In this document: piece after piece, positions 18,008 to 28,751 of the stretch
How the letters are laid out: every line of letters starts with the position of its first letter
How positions within the stretch are numbered: position 1 is the first letter of the stretch
From: an uncultured Acidimicrobiaceae bacterium
GTDB taxonomy: Bacteria > Actinomycetota > Acidimicrobiia > Acidimicrobiales > Palsa-688
Reading direction: 5' to 3'
DNA: 64,000 bases
NCBI GenBank assembly: GCA_963754115.1
Contig: CAVWFC010000010.1
Span: 403,245-467,244 of the forward strand
Position numbers and translations under genes: made by a program
The notes under the pieces: generated by a model
Seen by the model: only the letters and a program-made list of their open reading frames with translations
The model's database searches: none
What the model was told of the DNA's origin: nothing

Positions 18008-18123
18008 CTGCGGCCCCCGTCCTCAACGTCGAAGCCGGCACGGGCCAGGCGCGCCTCGGCCCGTAATGCCTCGGTGTCGAGCGGTCGCTCGTGCAGGTAG
18101 TTGTCTATAGGGGGGTGGCTCAC
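18004..18123 (-). CDS. candidate 39-aa small ORF translationally coupled to ppk2
   Basis: GTG at 18123 preceded by ggaaggag at SD distance. Reads VSHPPIDNYLHERPLDTEALRAEARLARAGFDVEDGGRR. Its TGA overlaps the ppk2 GTG (GTGA). Below the ORF-track size cut-off, and no homology is assessable. Confidence 0.3.
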   Translation of the reverse strand: MSHPPIDNYLHERPLDTEALRAEARLARAGFDVEDGGRR

Positions 18124-18499
18124 GGGCCCGTCTATCTCCTTCCCGGGAGAGGTCTCGATGAGTTCCTCAGCGATCTGTTGCGCTCACGCGACGAAGGAGC
18201 GAGAAAAAACTCATGCGCCGTAGTGGTTCTGCTTGCTTGCCCTTGACTATGAAGTAGATGTCCCAGGCTATAGCCGCAAGCTCGACGGCAAGGCCGACCA
18301 CTGGCCGCTAACAGTCCCAACGGACCAGGGAGCACCACCACTCCGTCGTCGCGCACGCTGCGATCATGGCCACGGCCGTCCCGTTTTTCCAGAGCCTGCA
18401 AACAAATTCACTCCTTGTTGGCTGCCGCGTAACCGCAGCGTCACCCTCGCTGGAGTGCTCTTGGCCTGTGCGTGCCTGACTATTGATTGCATTCAGTAG

Positions 18500-20404
18500 T
18501 TATGTGGAGGCGAGCCCACATAGCGCCAGTGGGGCGCCCACATCCCAGAGCAGGACTACGTCGGCCTGGGCGTCGTTGTCGCTCAAGTAGCCGGTGCCGG
18601 TGTCCGGCACCGCCAGTTCGACCGGCACCGTCGACGACGGCCCCCGGCTGGGCGCCAGTACGGCGGCGACGTAGTTGGTCACACCGGGGGCGGCGGTGGC
18701 GGTGCTCAGCCTCACCGACGCCGCCGTCTCTCCGGGAGTCAGGCGCAACCACACCTGCATCGGTGGGCTGATGGTCTCGGGGGAAAAATCGACACAGCCG
18801 TTGGAGACCACGGGCGCGGCCGAGCGTTCCACCTTCACGAGGGCGAAGTGGCCGGCGAAGAGCGGCCTGCGGGACAAAGCCGTCTTCGCGTCGTTCCATG
18901 TGCCGACCGCCAGCAGGGCTCGTGCATTGGCAACGTCCACAGGTGTCAGCGCTCCGTGGGGCAGTTGCCCGGACCGTTCCAGCCGCTGGATATCGCCGGC
19001 CGAGAGGTCGGGGTAAAGCCCGATCGGGGAGGCGGCCGGCCCGGACACGTCGTGAGTACCTGAGCCCAACAACTGTGCTGTTGCCACAAGTTCGGTCTTC
19101 AGGCTCGACGTAACCGCCACCCGGCTTTCGGCCCAGGTCCGTGCCTGGCCTATGTTGCCCACGGCAGTCACTATCAGTAGCCCGATGACGGCCAGGCGAG
19201 CCGGCCGCCAGACCTTGACTGAGCTGAGGATGCTGGCGATCACGGGCAAAAGGATGGCTATCCCCACGTAAACGTAACGGGAAACGACGGTACCGGCCCC
19301 GACGGTCGTGTCTCGACCGAGGGCGGCGACGGTATAAAAGGACGCGGCGGCCACGCAGAGGGCCAGGAGCAAAGGGCCTTCGCGCCAACGACGGCGCATA
19401 TGCCAGCCCACCCATGTAGCCAGGCCCACCAGCAGGGCTGGCCCCGCGCTCGGCAGGTTGAACGCGGTTCCCAGAGCCGACGACAGGCCGAACCAGACGT
19501 AGCCGGGGAGCGTGGTCAAGGTCGTTTGCGAAACATGGTCGGCCGGGGACGTCAAGCCGAGCCGGCCCACGAACGCGAACCAGATGAGGTAGCTGGCCGC
19601 CGGCAAGACCAGCACGCCGGCGGCGCGTTTGACCGGGCGGGTAGAAAAAACCAGGACGGCGGCCCCGGCGACCATTGCGATCCCTATGGCTGAGCACATC
19701 AGGCTGGCCAGGAGAGCCACGGAGGCAAGGGCGTCCCGCCGCAGGCGCGTCCTCCTCACCTCCTGCAGGTCGTGCGCCTTCGTGGCACCGGCCGGCCACG
19801 CCAGCTGGTCGAGGGCGATCAGCCCAAACAGTACGGAGGCGACAAAACCGATCTGGAACGCAGACGTAAGGTCTTCGGCCCCCGCGCCAAGGAAACCCAG
19901 GACGCCGGCGGCCGCCGTGGCCACCCAGGGGTCGACGCCGGCCCGGTGACAGAGCCGCCAGGCCATGTGCATCACGCCCGCCGCGGTCAGCAGCAAAGGC
20001 ACCATATAGGGCCAGTAGCTGCTCAGATGGAAGACGTTGTAAAGACCTCGCCAGAGCAGGACCGGCAATGTCGACCAGTGCTCGTTGTGCGGGAACCAAA
20101 TGCTCCAGGGGTTCGTCGGCGCGTACGCCAGGCCCCTCCGGACGAGGAAGTCCCACTCGTCCCCGAAAAACCACAGCCGCCGGTCGAGCCGGGCCCAGAA
20201 CGCGAACGCCCCGAAGACGGTGACCCAGTGGACAACCGTTGCCAGTTGCGTCGAGCGGATCGAACGGACGACCCCCTGATGAGGCGATTCGACCGGCAAC
20301 CTCCGCCAGCGGGAGGACGCCACCCCTTCCAGGGCGGGAGCAACGGGCTCTGCGAGAGCGGCCAGAGGCCCCGTCGTGCCGGGGTCGTGGTCCATTCCCC
20401 GCAT
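18500..20404 (-). CDS. polytopic integral membrane protein with C-terminal extracytoplasmic domain (possibly a GT-C-like glycosyltransferase)
   Basis: 634-aa ORF with at least 10 hydrophobic segments, then a soluble C-domain. The overlapping 653-aa frame is Arg/Pro/Gly-rich and is rejected. Confidence 0.6.
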   Translation of the reverse strand: MRGMDHDPGTTGPLAALAEPVAPALEGVASSRWRRLPVESPHQGVVRSIRSTQLATVVHWVTVFGAFAFWARLDRRLWFFGDEWDFLVRRGLAYAPTNPWSIWFPHNEHWSTLPVLLWRGLYNVFHLSSYWPYMVPLLLTAAGVMHMAWRLCHRAGVDPWVATAAAGVLGFLGAGAEDLTSAFQIGFVASVLFGLIALDQLAWPAGATKAHDLQEVRRTRLRRDALASVALLASLMCSAIGIAMVAGAAVLVFSTRPVKRAAGVLVLPAASYLIWFAFVGRLGLTSPADHVSQTTLTTLPGYVWFGLSSALGTAFNLPSAGPALLVGLATWVGWHMRRRWREGPLLLALCVAAASFYTVAALGRDTTVGAGTVVSRYVYVGIAILLPVIASILSSVKVWRPARLAVIGLLIVTAVGNIGQARTWAESRVAVTSSLKTELVATAQLLGSGTHDVSGPAASPIGLYPDLSAGDIQRLERSGQLPHGALTPVDVANARALLAVGTWNDAKTALSRRPLFAGHFALVKVERSAAPVVSNGCVDFSPETISPPMQVWLRLTPGETAASVRLSTATAAPGVTNYVAAVLAPSRGPSSTVPVELAVPDTGTGYLSDNDAQADVVLLWDVGAPLALCGLAST

Positions 20405-20592
20405 AGATTAGCCGGGCCGCCGGGGCCGGCGCTGCCGCCATGACATGGCTTGAACCACCGTTGGAGTCCGCTTGCGAGCCGGGTTACAACTTGACCAACA
20501 TTCGGCCCGGGGGACCGATGACTCAGCTCCCTCCATATCGTCCCGACTGAGTAACGGGTACCCGAAAGGTACGCGAACGAAAGGAGCCACCA

Positions 20593-21375
20593 ATGGCCAA
20601 GCGTGAGAGTGCTCCAAACGGGGCCCCCTGTTGGGCTGACCTGTGGACGTCAGATGTCGACGGGAGCCGCAAGTTTTACAGCGAGCTGTTCGGGTGGGAA
20701 GCCCAGGCCCCGAGCCCCGAGTTCGGTGGCTACTTCATGTTCACCCGCGCCGGTGCCCCCGTGGCCGGTGGCATGGGCGACATGGGTGACATGCGGGCCG
20801 ACAACACGTGGAAGGTGTACCTGGCCACCGACAACATCGCCAAGACGATAGAGCTGGCCGAAGCAGAGGGAGCGCAGATAATTGGCCCCTCCATGGCGGT
20901 GGCCGATCTCGGCACCCAGGCTGTGCTCATCGACCCAACCGGGGCCAACCTGGGAGCCTGGCAGCCGGGGACGTTCCCCGGATTTAGCGTCCTGGACGAG
21001 AACGGCGCACCGAGCTGGTTCGAGCTCATCACCCGCGATTACGCAAAGGCCGTATCCTTTTACCGTTCGGCCTTCCTCTGGGACACCAGCGCCATCAGCG
21101 ACACCGACGAAATGCGCTACACGGTTATGCGTGACCCGAGCGGCGAGGGCGAGTTGGCCGGGATCATGGATGCTAAGGCTTTCCTGCCAGACGGCCAGCC
21201 CGCCCAGTGGTCGATCTATTGGCACGTCGATGACGCGGCCGCCTCCGTGGCCAGGGTGAAGGCTCTCGGCGGCTCGGTCGTCATGGACGTCGAGGACACA
21301 CCTTACGGTCGACTGGCTGCTGTAGCCGACCCCGCCGGGGCACAGTTCAAGCTTCGTACGCCGCCTGGTCGTTAG
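20593..21375 (+). CDS. VOC (glyoxalase/bleomycin-resistance/dioxygenase) family protein, two-domain
   Basis: PCWADLWTSDVDGSRKFYSELFGWE and a second similar half (WFELITRDYAKAVSFYRSAFLWD). SD aaaggag before the ATG. Confidence 0.8.
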   Translation: MAKRESAPNGAPCWADLWTSDVDGSRKFYSELFGWEAQAPSPEFGGYFMFTRAGAPVAGGMGDMGDMRADNTWKVYLATDNIAKTIELAEAEGAQIIGPSMAVADLGTQAVLIDPTGANLGAWQPGTFPGFSVLDENGAPSWFELITRDYAKAVSFYRSAFLWDTSAISDTDEMRYTVMRDPSGEGELAGIMDAKAFLPDGQPAQWSIYWHVDDAAASVARVKALGGSVVMDVEDTPYGRLAAVADPAGAQFKLRTPPGR

Positions 21376-21439
21376 GCCCTGATGCCCTGAGGCCGGTACC
21401 TGCTCAGCCAGTGCAGGTCAGCCAGTAGCTTGCGGCAGT

Positions 21440-21901
21440 GTGAAGATCCGCATTGATGGCCATGACCTCCCCGGACGGTCATGCAGCCCCAGCCCTGACC
21501 GGCCCGAGGGGCACCAGGACATCCACGTGGGGGTGCAACGCCGCAACCGGCCAGACGAGCTGTTCGGCCTTGTCGCCGGTGATGCACCCTCGGCGTCCTG
21601 GGCTCTCGAGTGCAAAGCGACGCCGTCGGCCACAGGCTGGGACCTCCTGGGCCCGTACATCCAGGGTGGGCCCGGAGGGCGCTTCATTTACCTCTCCTGG
21701 GTTACCTGTGACGATGGCACGAGCCGGATGTTCAGGCGGGCCAAGCTGTTGCTGGACGTCGTGCCGTCGGCCGTGGTCGACGATGCGGCCCGCACCGGCG
21801 TGCTGGTTGGTCGCCTCCGACTCACAGACGCGAAGGGAGGGCCCTTGTGCGCGGCCGTGCGGCCTCCCGCCATCCAGTGGTCTGCCGAGGCCGCCCGGTA
21901 A
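21440..21901 (+). CDS. hypothetical protein (DUF5990-like)
   Basis: Intact 153-aa ORF, KIRIDGHDLPGR...IHVGVQRRNRPDELFGLVAGDAPSASW pattern. Family assignment is from memory only. Confidence 0.45.
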   Translation: MKIRIDGHDLPGRSCSPSPDRPEGHQDIHVGVQRRNRPDELFGLVAGDAPSASWALECKATPSATGWDLLGPYIQGGPGGRFIYLSWVTCDDGTSRMFRRAKLLLDVVPSAVVDDAARTGVLVGRLRLTDAKGGPLCAAVRPPAIQWSAEAAR

Positions 21902-21934
21902 CCCGGCTGTCGAAGGCCTCTGCTGTCCGGGCCG

Positions 21935-22996
21935 CTATTCGTGGCTACCGGCCCAGGCCAGGAGCTCCCCGAGCGACATCGTGTTGACGACCGATTGAGA
22001 AGGGATGTCGGCCTCGACCGCTTGTTGGCAGCCGAGGGGCAGCCACGAGAGCTGGCCGGGCGCGTGGGCGTCGGAGTCGATCGAGAACCGACAACCCGCA
22101 GCCGCCGCCACCCGAAGGAGCTCTTCTGGGGGGTCTCGCCGGTCCGGCCTGGAGTTGACCTCGACGGCCGTACCGGTGGACGCGCAGGCGGCGAACACTG
22201 CTTCGTGGTCGAAGCTGGATGGTGGGCGTCCCCGGCCGACGATCTTGCGCCCGGTGCAGTGGCCGAGGATGTCAACATGCGGGTTGGTCACCGCCGTGAT
22301 CATTCGTGCCGTCATCGGCACCGTCTCCATGCGCAACTTCGAGTGCACACTGGCCACCACGACGTCAAGACGGGCCAGGAGGGCCTCGTCCTGGTCGAGG
22401 TCGCCCTCATCGAGGATGTCGACCTCGATGCCGGTAAGGAGGCGGAAGGGAGCAAGAGACTCGTTCAGCTCGGCCACCACGTCCAGCTGACGCCGGAGCT
22501 CATCCGCGCTGAGCCCGTTGGCCACCGTGAGGCGCGGGCTGTGGTCGGTCAGGACCAGGTACTCGTGCCCGATGGCGGCCGCTGAGCGCGCCATTTCCTC
22601 TATGGAGCTGCCACCATCGGACCAGTCCGAGTGACTGTGGCAGTCGCCGCGTAGAGCCTTGAGGAGAGCGGTGACGGCGCCCGGGAAGATGGTGGGCGAG
22701 CGCTCTTCGAGCGCCGCGAGATACCCGGGGACCGACCCCGACAGCACCTCGCTTATAACCTGAGCAGTGCTCTTGCCGACCCCGTTCAGCTTTTCGAGGC
22801 GACCTTGTTCGTCAAGACGGGCAACTTCGGCGGGCCCGGCTTCGTCTACCGCCAGGGCGGCGCGGCGAAAGGCCTGCGCCTTGTAGCCGTCGGCCGCCTC
22901 GGCTTCGAGGAGGTATGCGATCCTCCGGAGTGCTTCGGATGGTTGCACCTGGTCAACACTATGAACATGCCGGCGTTTTGTCCCCGGGTTGAGCAC
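21935..22996 (-). CDS. PHP-domain phosphoesterase with N-terminal helix-hairpin-helix region (PolX-like, lacks polymerase core)
   Basis: CHSHSDWSDGGSSIEEM, LVLTDHSPRL, VASVHS and SIDSDAHAPG PHP metal-ligand motifs. N-terminal LNGVGKSTAQ HhH. Confidence 0.8.
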   Translation of the reverse strand: MLNPGTKRRHVHSVDQVQPSEALRRIAYLLEAEAADGYKAQAFRRAALAVDEAGPAEVARLDEQGRLEKLNGVGKSTAQVISEVLSGSVPGYLAALEERSPTIFPGAVTALLKALRGDCHSHSDWSDGGSSIEEMARSAAAIGHEYLVLTDHSPRLTVANGLSADELRRQLDVVAELNESLAPFRLLTGIEVDILDEGDLDQDEALLARLDVVVASVHSKLRMETVPMTARMITAVTNPHVDILGHCTGRKIVGRGRPPSSFDHEAVFAACASTGTAVEVNSRPDRRDPPEELLRVAAAAGCRFSIDSDAHAPGQLSWLPLGCQQAVEADIPSQSVVNTMSLGELLAWAGSHE

Positions 22997-23034
22997 GGCA
23001 GTTTGGTCGCGGATCCTGGCGGGACCGGCGCGTG

Positions 23035-23971
23035 CTAGACACCCCCTGGAGCCAGCCGGCCGAGAGCGGCTCGCGCTCGGGCCTCTTGCTCCTGCCGCGA
23101 CCGGAGCTTGCGCTCAGCGGCGTCGTGCGCCCTCTCCGCCTCCCTCAGGTCCTGCGCCGCTTCCTGCTCCGCGCCTCTCACCTCGAGCAACCGCCGTTCC
23201 AGCTCCGCCACCTTGTTGTGCCGCCGCTCCCGCTCTTCGCGCGCCGAGTGCAGGCGGCGCTCATGTGCGTCAAGGTCACGCCTCGCCGCCGCCACCGACG
23301 CTTCGGCCGCCTGCACCGCCTGCTCGGCCACCTGGGCGGCCTCCTTCGCCGCGGCGGCCCCGGAGGGCCGCTTTTGAACATCGGCGCGCCCCGTCTTGGC
23401 CGGCCCTCGTTCCACGAGTGGCGTTGAAGCGCCCACAGCGGACGAGGTGCTCGAGGGATTCCGACGTGCTCGAGGGTGGTGGGGCGCCGGCCCATCCGAG
23501 CCCCGAGTAGCGTAGACCCGTCGTGAGGTGCCCCGACTTCAGGGCGTCGGCCGCCTCTGCATCGGCCAGCGCGGCTTCGAGCGTCGTCTCCAGTTCGACC
23601 AGTACAGAGCCGCTTACCGGCTGGCCGGCGCCTCCGGCCAACCCTTGCGCTTCGTTGCGCAGGTCGCTGACGGCCTTGTGGCGTTGCTGCGACAATTGGC
23701 GTAGCTCGTCGACGGCTAATTCCTCCTGCGCCCGGCGCAGCGCCGCTCCCAGGTCGAGCAACTCCGCCACCTGGTCCCGGCGTTCACGTACGAGCACATT
23801 GGCCAACCACGCAACGGTGGTGGGTTTGCGGAGCGCTTTGATAGCAACGGCCAGTTCGATATTGCCGGCCTTTCGCGCTTCTGTGGCGCTGGCGTCGCGC
23901 GCGGCGGTGAACTCGCCGAGCGGCAGACCATAAAGCGTGTCTTCGGCAGTGCTCAGGTCCATGTCACTCAA
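23035..23971 (-). CDS. hypothetical protein with C-terminal coiled coil, one apparent frameshift (~23440-23480)
   Basis: N-part ORF 23276..23971 (LYGLPLGEFTAARDA...LRKPTTVAWLANVLVRE) continues in ORF 23035..23436 with a charged heptad-like region (AEASVAAARRDLDAHERRLHSAREERERRHNKVAELERRLLE). Confidence 0.5.
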
Positions 23972-24003
23972 TTTGCACGGCTGGCCACAATTCCGCTGGC
24001 GGT

Positions 24004-24783
24004 TTACCAGACGGTGTAGCCGCCGTCTGCCACCACGGTCTCGCCCGTCACAAAACGAGCGGCGTCAGAAGCAAGGAACAGCACGACATCGGCGATCTCA
24101 TCGGGAGCACCCATGCGCCCCATCGGTGTCCATGGCACCCAATAGTCCCGCATGGCTTCACTACCAACCCAGTTCTCGGTGAGATTGGTGTGTATGTACC
24201 CGGGTGCCACGGCGTTGACCCGCAGGCCGTAACGAGCCCACTCGGCCGCCAAAGACTTGGTCAGCATGATGACACCCGCTTTCGAGACGTTGTATGCCAC
24301 CTGGGGCTGGGGGTTGTTCACGATTATGCCGGACATGGAAGCAATATTGACAATTGTCCCGGCGCCTGCCTCGATCATTGGTCGACCGAATACCTGACTA
24401 CAGTAAAAAATCCCTGACAGGTTAACTTTGAGCATCCGTTCCCACTCGGCCACGGACATCTCCTCGGCGGGGGCGTTGTACCCTATCCCGGCATTGTTGA
24501 CGAGTGTGTCGGCTCGCCCCCATTGTCTCTCGAGTTCCTCTCTCGCCGCGCTGACCTGGTCGTAGGACGAGACGTCACACGCCAGCCCGATCATTGTTGC
24601 TCCCGGCTCCTGCGGCAGCTCGGCCGCCGCTTCCGCTGAGCGGGACTTGTCGACATCGAGCACTGCCACTGACGCCCCCGCTTCCGCAACCGCTCGGGCG
24701 ATGGCATTGCCGATCCCCTGCGCCCCGCCAGTAACCACGACGCGGCGGCCTTCCAACCGAAAACGTTGGCTAATTGAACTCAT
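24004..24783 (-). CDS. SDR family oxidoreductase
   Basis: TGGAQGIGNAIA cofactor motif, NNAG, and the catalytic YNVSK. Confidence 0.85.
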   Translation of the reverse strand: MSSISQRFRLEGRRVVVTGGAQGIGNAIARAVAEAGASVAVLDVDKSRSAEAAAELPQEPGATMIGLACDVSSYDQVSAAREELERQWGRADTLVNNAGIGYNAPAEEMSVAEWERMLKVNLSGIFYCSQVFGRPMIEAGAGTIVNIASMSGIIVNNPQPQVAYNVSKAGVIMLTKSLAAEWARYGLRVNAVAPGYIHTNLTENWVGSEAMRDYWVPWTPMGRMGAPDEIADVVLFLASDAARFVTGETVVADGGYTVW

Positions 24784-24856
24784 TTATGGCTCCCTTCAGT
24801 AGCCCGAACTCGTGGTCCGTGGCGTCGGCAAACTAAATTAGCTGTTACCGTGCTCC

Positions 24857-26898
24857 GTGATGGGCGCCAGCAACCGGTCCGGGACGGTCCGCGTCGGTAT
24901 CGATGTTGGTGGTACCTTCACCGACGTTGTCGTGGTACACGATGGACAGGTGAGCGTGGCCAAAGTACCGTCCACACCGGCAGACCAATCGATCGGTGCC
25001 ATGGCGGCCCTTCGGCAGGTCGGCGTGAGGGCACAGGACGTGGCGGCTGTTGCCCATGGGACCACCGTTGCCACGAATGCCCTTCTCGAGCGTCGAGGCG
25101 CCCGCACCGCTTTGCTCACGACCGACGGCTTTCGCGACGTGATCGAGATCGGCCGTCAAGCCCGGCCCTCCCTGTATGACCTCTCCCGCCGGCCGCCTGC
25201 TGCTCTGGTCCCAAGGGAGCTGCGTTTTACCGTGCGAGAACGTGTCGGCCCCGGCGGGGAGCTCGTAGCGCTAGACGAGGACCAGCTCGCTCAGGTTGTA
25301 GCGGAGATCGGGCGAGCCGAGGTCGAAGCGGTGGCGGTGTGCTTCTTGTTCTCGTTCCTCGACCCGTCGCACGAACGACGCGCCGCCGATGCCCTCACCC
25401 GGGCTTTGCCGGGAGTAAGGGTCTCGCTTTCCAGCGACGTGTCGCCTGAGTTCCGGGAGTACGAGCGCTTTTCCACTACGACAGCGGACGCGTACCTTGC
25501 CCCCGTCCTCGACCGTTACCTCGGCACGCTCGGCCGGCAGCTTGACGAGGCCGAGATGCCGCCTCCCCTGGTAATGCAGTCCTCGGGCGGCGTCCTCGAC
25601 CTCGATGGGGCTATAAAGCGGCCATCCGCATGCATTTTGTCCGGGCCGGCCGGAGGAGTAGTCGGTGCCGTTTACGCCGCCGGCGCCTCCGGCTACCGGG
25701 ACCTCCTTACCTTTGATATGGGAGGGACAAGCACTGATGTGGCCCTGGTGGTGGACGGGATGGTGCCGTCGACCACCAGCTCCGTGATCGACGGGATCCC
25801 GGTCAGGCACTCGATGGTCGACGTCCATACCATCAGTGCCGGGGGCGGTTCGGTTGCCTGGGCCGACGCTGGCGGGGCGCTCAGGGTGGGGCCGACGTCG
25901 GCGGGCGCCAATCCCGGTCCGGCGTGTTACGGCCTCGGTGGTAAGGAGCCGACCGTAGCGGATGCCGACCTGCTGCTTGGCTATCTCGCGGACGGCAGCC
26001 GCCTGGGTGGCGAAATCGTCCTGACAGCGCGTACGCGCCGAAGAAGCACTGGCGTCCGTTGGTTCCCGCCTGGGCCTGTCCCCCCTCGAAGTGGCGGTTG
26101 GGGCTGTCCGGGTGGCCGAGGCCGAGATGGTCAGGGCTCTGCGGGTCGTGAGCGTGGAGCGCGGCTTCAACCCGGGTGACTTCGCTCTGGTTGCCTTTGG
26201 CGGCGCCGGCGCCATGCACGCCTGCAACCTGGCCAACGAGCTCGGCATCAGTACCGTGATCGTCCCGTACGGGGCCGGCGTCCTCAGCGCGCTGGGCCTC
26301 GCCGTATCGGACGTGCGCCGTGACTACGTCTCTGCCCTTTTAGCCAGCCTCAGCTCGTTGAGGCCCGCCACCCTCGAAAGTGCCTTCAGGGCCCCTCGAA
26401 CAGCGGGCGATGTCCGACCTGGCCCGGCTCACCCCAGTCCCGCCCAGTTTCGAACCGGCCATGCGAGAGGAGCTGAAGCTAGAGCGGTCAGCCGACCTCC
26501 GCTACCGTGGACAGTCTTTTGAACTTACGGTCCGCGCCAACGGGCTCGAGCACTTGCACGAGAACTTCACTGCCGCCCACCGGCGTCGGTACGGTTTCGA
26601 GCTTTCAGACGAGGAGGTGCAAGTCGTCAATGTGCGGGCGGCGGCGATCGTGCCCGTGCAAAAGCCTGACATTCGTCCACTTGTACAGAAGCGAGGCGGG
26701 CCGCCACTCACCCGCAGGAGTTATTTCACGGTTGGCTGGGTCGATGTCCCCGTCTATTCCCGTGACGAGCAGCTCGGTAGTAACGAGGTCATTTCCGGGC
26801 CTGCGATAATCCAATTACCCGATGCCACCTGTGTGGTCCAGCCCGGATGGCAGGCGAGGGTCGATGCTGTCGGCGCGCTCATCCTCGAGCGTTCGTGA
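24857..26898 (+). CDS. hyuA: hydantoinase/oxoprolinase family protein, A subunit, two apparent frameshifts (~26025, ~26392)
   Basis: VGIDVGGTFTDVV N-terminus and DMGGTSTDV. Continues QRVRAEEALASVGSRLGLSPLEVAVGAVRVAEAEMVRALRVVSVERG and LEQRAMSDL...DLRYRGQSFELTV in other frames. Confidence 0.8.
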
Positions 26899-28501
26899 CC
26901 GGCGCCGACACGGTCTTTGCCGCCCCGGCAGGCTCGCCGGTCCGCCTGGGACCGGTGGCACTGTCGCTGTTCGTCAGCTCTTTGGCCGGGATTGCCGAGG
27001 AAATGGGCGCCGTCCTCGTTCACAGCAGCTACTCACCCAACATCAAGGAGCGGCGCGACTGCTCTTGCGCGCTTTATGACGCGAGCGGGCGCATGTTCGC
27101 CCAGGCGGAGCACATCCCCGTCCACCTTGGGGCCATGCACGATTCCGTGAGAGCGGTCCGTGAGCGGGCACCGGGAGCGGGGGACGTGTTCATATTGAAC
27201 GACCCCTATACGGGCGGCACGCATCTGCCCGACATTACGGTGGTGACCCCTGTCGATATCGATGGCGAGGTTATTGCCTACGCGGTGAGCCGTGCTCATC
27301 ATTCGGACGTCGGCGGCATGTCGCCTGGTTCGATGCCAAGCAATTCGCGAACGATCTTCCAGGAAGGCATAATCATCCCGCCCGTACGGCTTGTCAAAGG
27401 CGGCGTTTTTGTAACGGAAGTACTGGACTTGTTGCTCGCGAATGTCCGCACCCCCGAGGTCCGCCGGGTCGACCTGTTAGCCCAGATCGCCGCCAACAGG
27501 GTGGGTTCGGAGCGGCTTTGCACGACTCGCGGCGCGCTGACGGAGCCGACTTTTTGCGGACCGTTTTCGAGGAAGTGGTGGCGTACGGCGAGCGACGCAC
27601 GCGTCGGGCACTGGAAGACCTGCCGGACGGGACGTACGTGTCTTCGGGAGAAATCGAGGGGGACGGGGTAAACGACGTCGACATCCCCCTGCGCGTCACC
27701 GTCACCATCAGCGGCAGTACGGTCACGATGGATTTCGAGGGGACCTCGGAGCCGGTCGCCGGCAATGTCAACTGCCCCCGCTCGGTCACCCTGTCGGCCT
27801 GCTTGTTCGCACTTCGCGTTGCCCTGCCTACCGATATCCCGATGAACGCGGGGACCGCGGCGCCGCTCAATGTGAGCGCGCCCCGACCGTGCCTTCTAGA
27901 TGCTCGCCGGCCGGCGGCGGTGGTTGCCGGCAACGTGGAGACGAGCCAGCGAGTGGCCGACGTGGTCCTGGCCGCACTGGGACAGGCCGTCGTGCTCCCG
28001 GCCGAAGGGCAGGGCACAATGAACAACCTCATCATCGGCGGCTCGTCCTGGACCTATTACGAGACTATTGGCGGGGGCCAGGGCGCGAGTAGCGACGGGG
28101 ACGGGGCGTCCGGCACCCACGTCGGCATGACCAACACGCTCAACACGCCGATCGAGGCCCTCGAACTCGAGCTACCGCTCCGCGTCGAGCGTTATCAGCT
28201 CCGATATGGCACCGGAGGTACCGGGTTGCACCGAGGAGGCGACGGGATCGAGCGCAGCGTGCGTGTCCTGGAGCCGGCAACATTCTCGGTAATCGCCGAC
28301 CGCCGTCGCCATCGGCCGAGGGGCAAGGCCGGTGGCGGCGAGGGCGGCCGCGGCGAGAACCTCCTTGACGCTGAGCCCCTTCCTCCCAAGTACACGGGTG
28401 AAGTCAGGGCGGGCCAGGTTATATCCGTGCTCACCCCGGGGGGTGGCGGCTTCGGAGGGCCGGAGGCGGACAGCAAACAGCGCTCGCCAAAGGGGATTTA
28501 G
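26895..28501 (+). CDS. hyuB: hydantoinase B/oxoprolinase family protein, one apparent frameshift (~27520-27545)
   Basis: DPVALSLF...YSPNIKERRDCSCALYD...NDPYTGGTHLPD. C-terminal half is in the frame of ORF 27518..28501 (GNVETSQRV...GMTNTLNTPIEALE). GTG 26895 overlaps the hyuA TGA (GTGA). Confidence 0.8.
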
Positions 28502-28751
28502 CACGTCTCCGTTGATGCTTGGCCCGTCCCCGGTGGCGCCGGCTCTTACAAAGCTCTTCTCCTTCGTTAAGCGACGGTTCAGCCTTTCCGAGGAGCATCA
28601 CGTAGTGCCACGCCTGGAGGCACCACGTAGCCTTACCGGGCCAGAAGCGGTCCCGGTCGAACAAGGAGAGCCCGCAGTGAGGTCCCGGTAATGAGCAGGC
28701 GCTCTCGCATCTGGAAGACGAACGGGGCACTCACCTCTTGCGCTCCTGAGA

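Noticed and set aside
18480-20441. 653-aa ORF in an alternate frame of the 18500..20404 membrane-protein gene
   Set aside because: It is Arg/Pro/Gly-dominated with no hydrophobic-helix pattern. The 634-aa frame gives a coherent polytopic membrane protein.
28598-28640. Imperfect hairpin acgtagtgcc-N9-ggcaccacgt downstream of hyuB, as a terminator or riboswitch element
   Set aside because: It has one mismatch in a 10-bp stem, no U-tract, and no conservation evidence available. Too weak to call.
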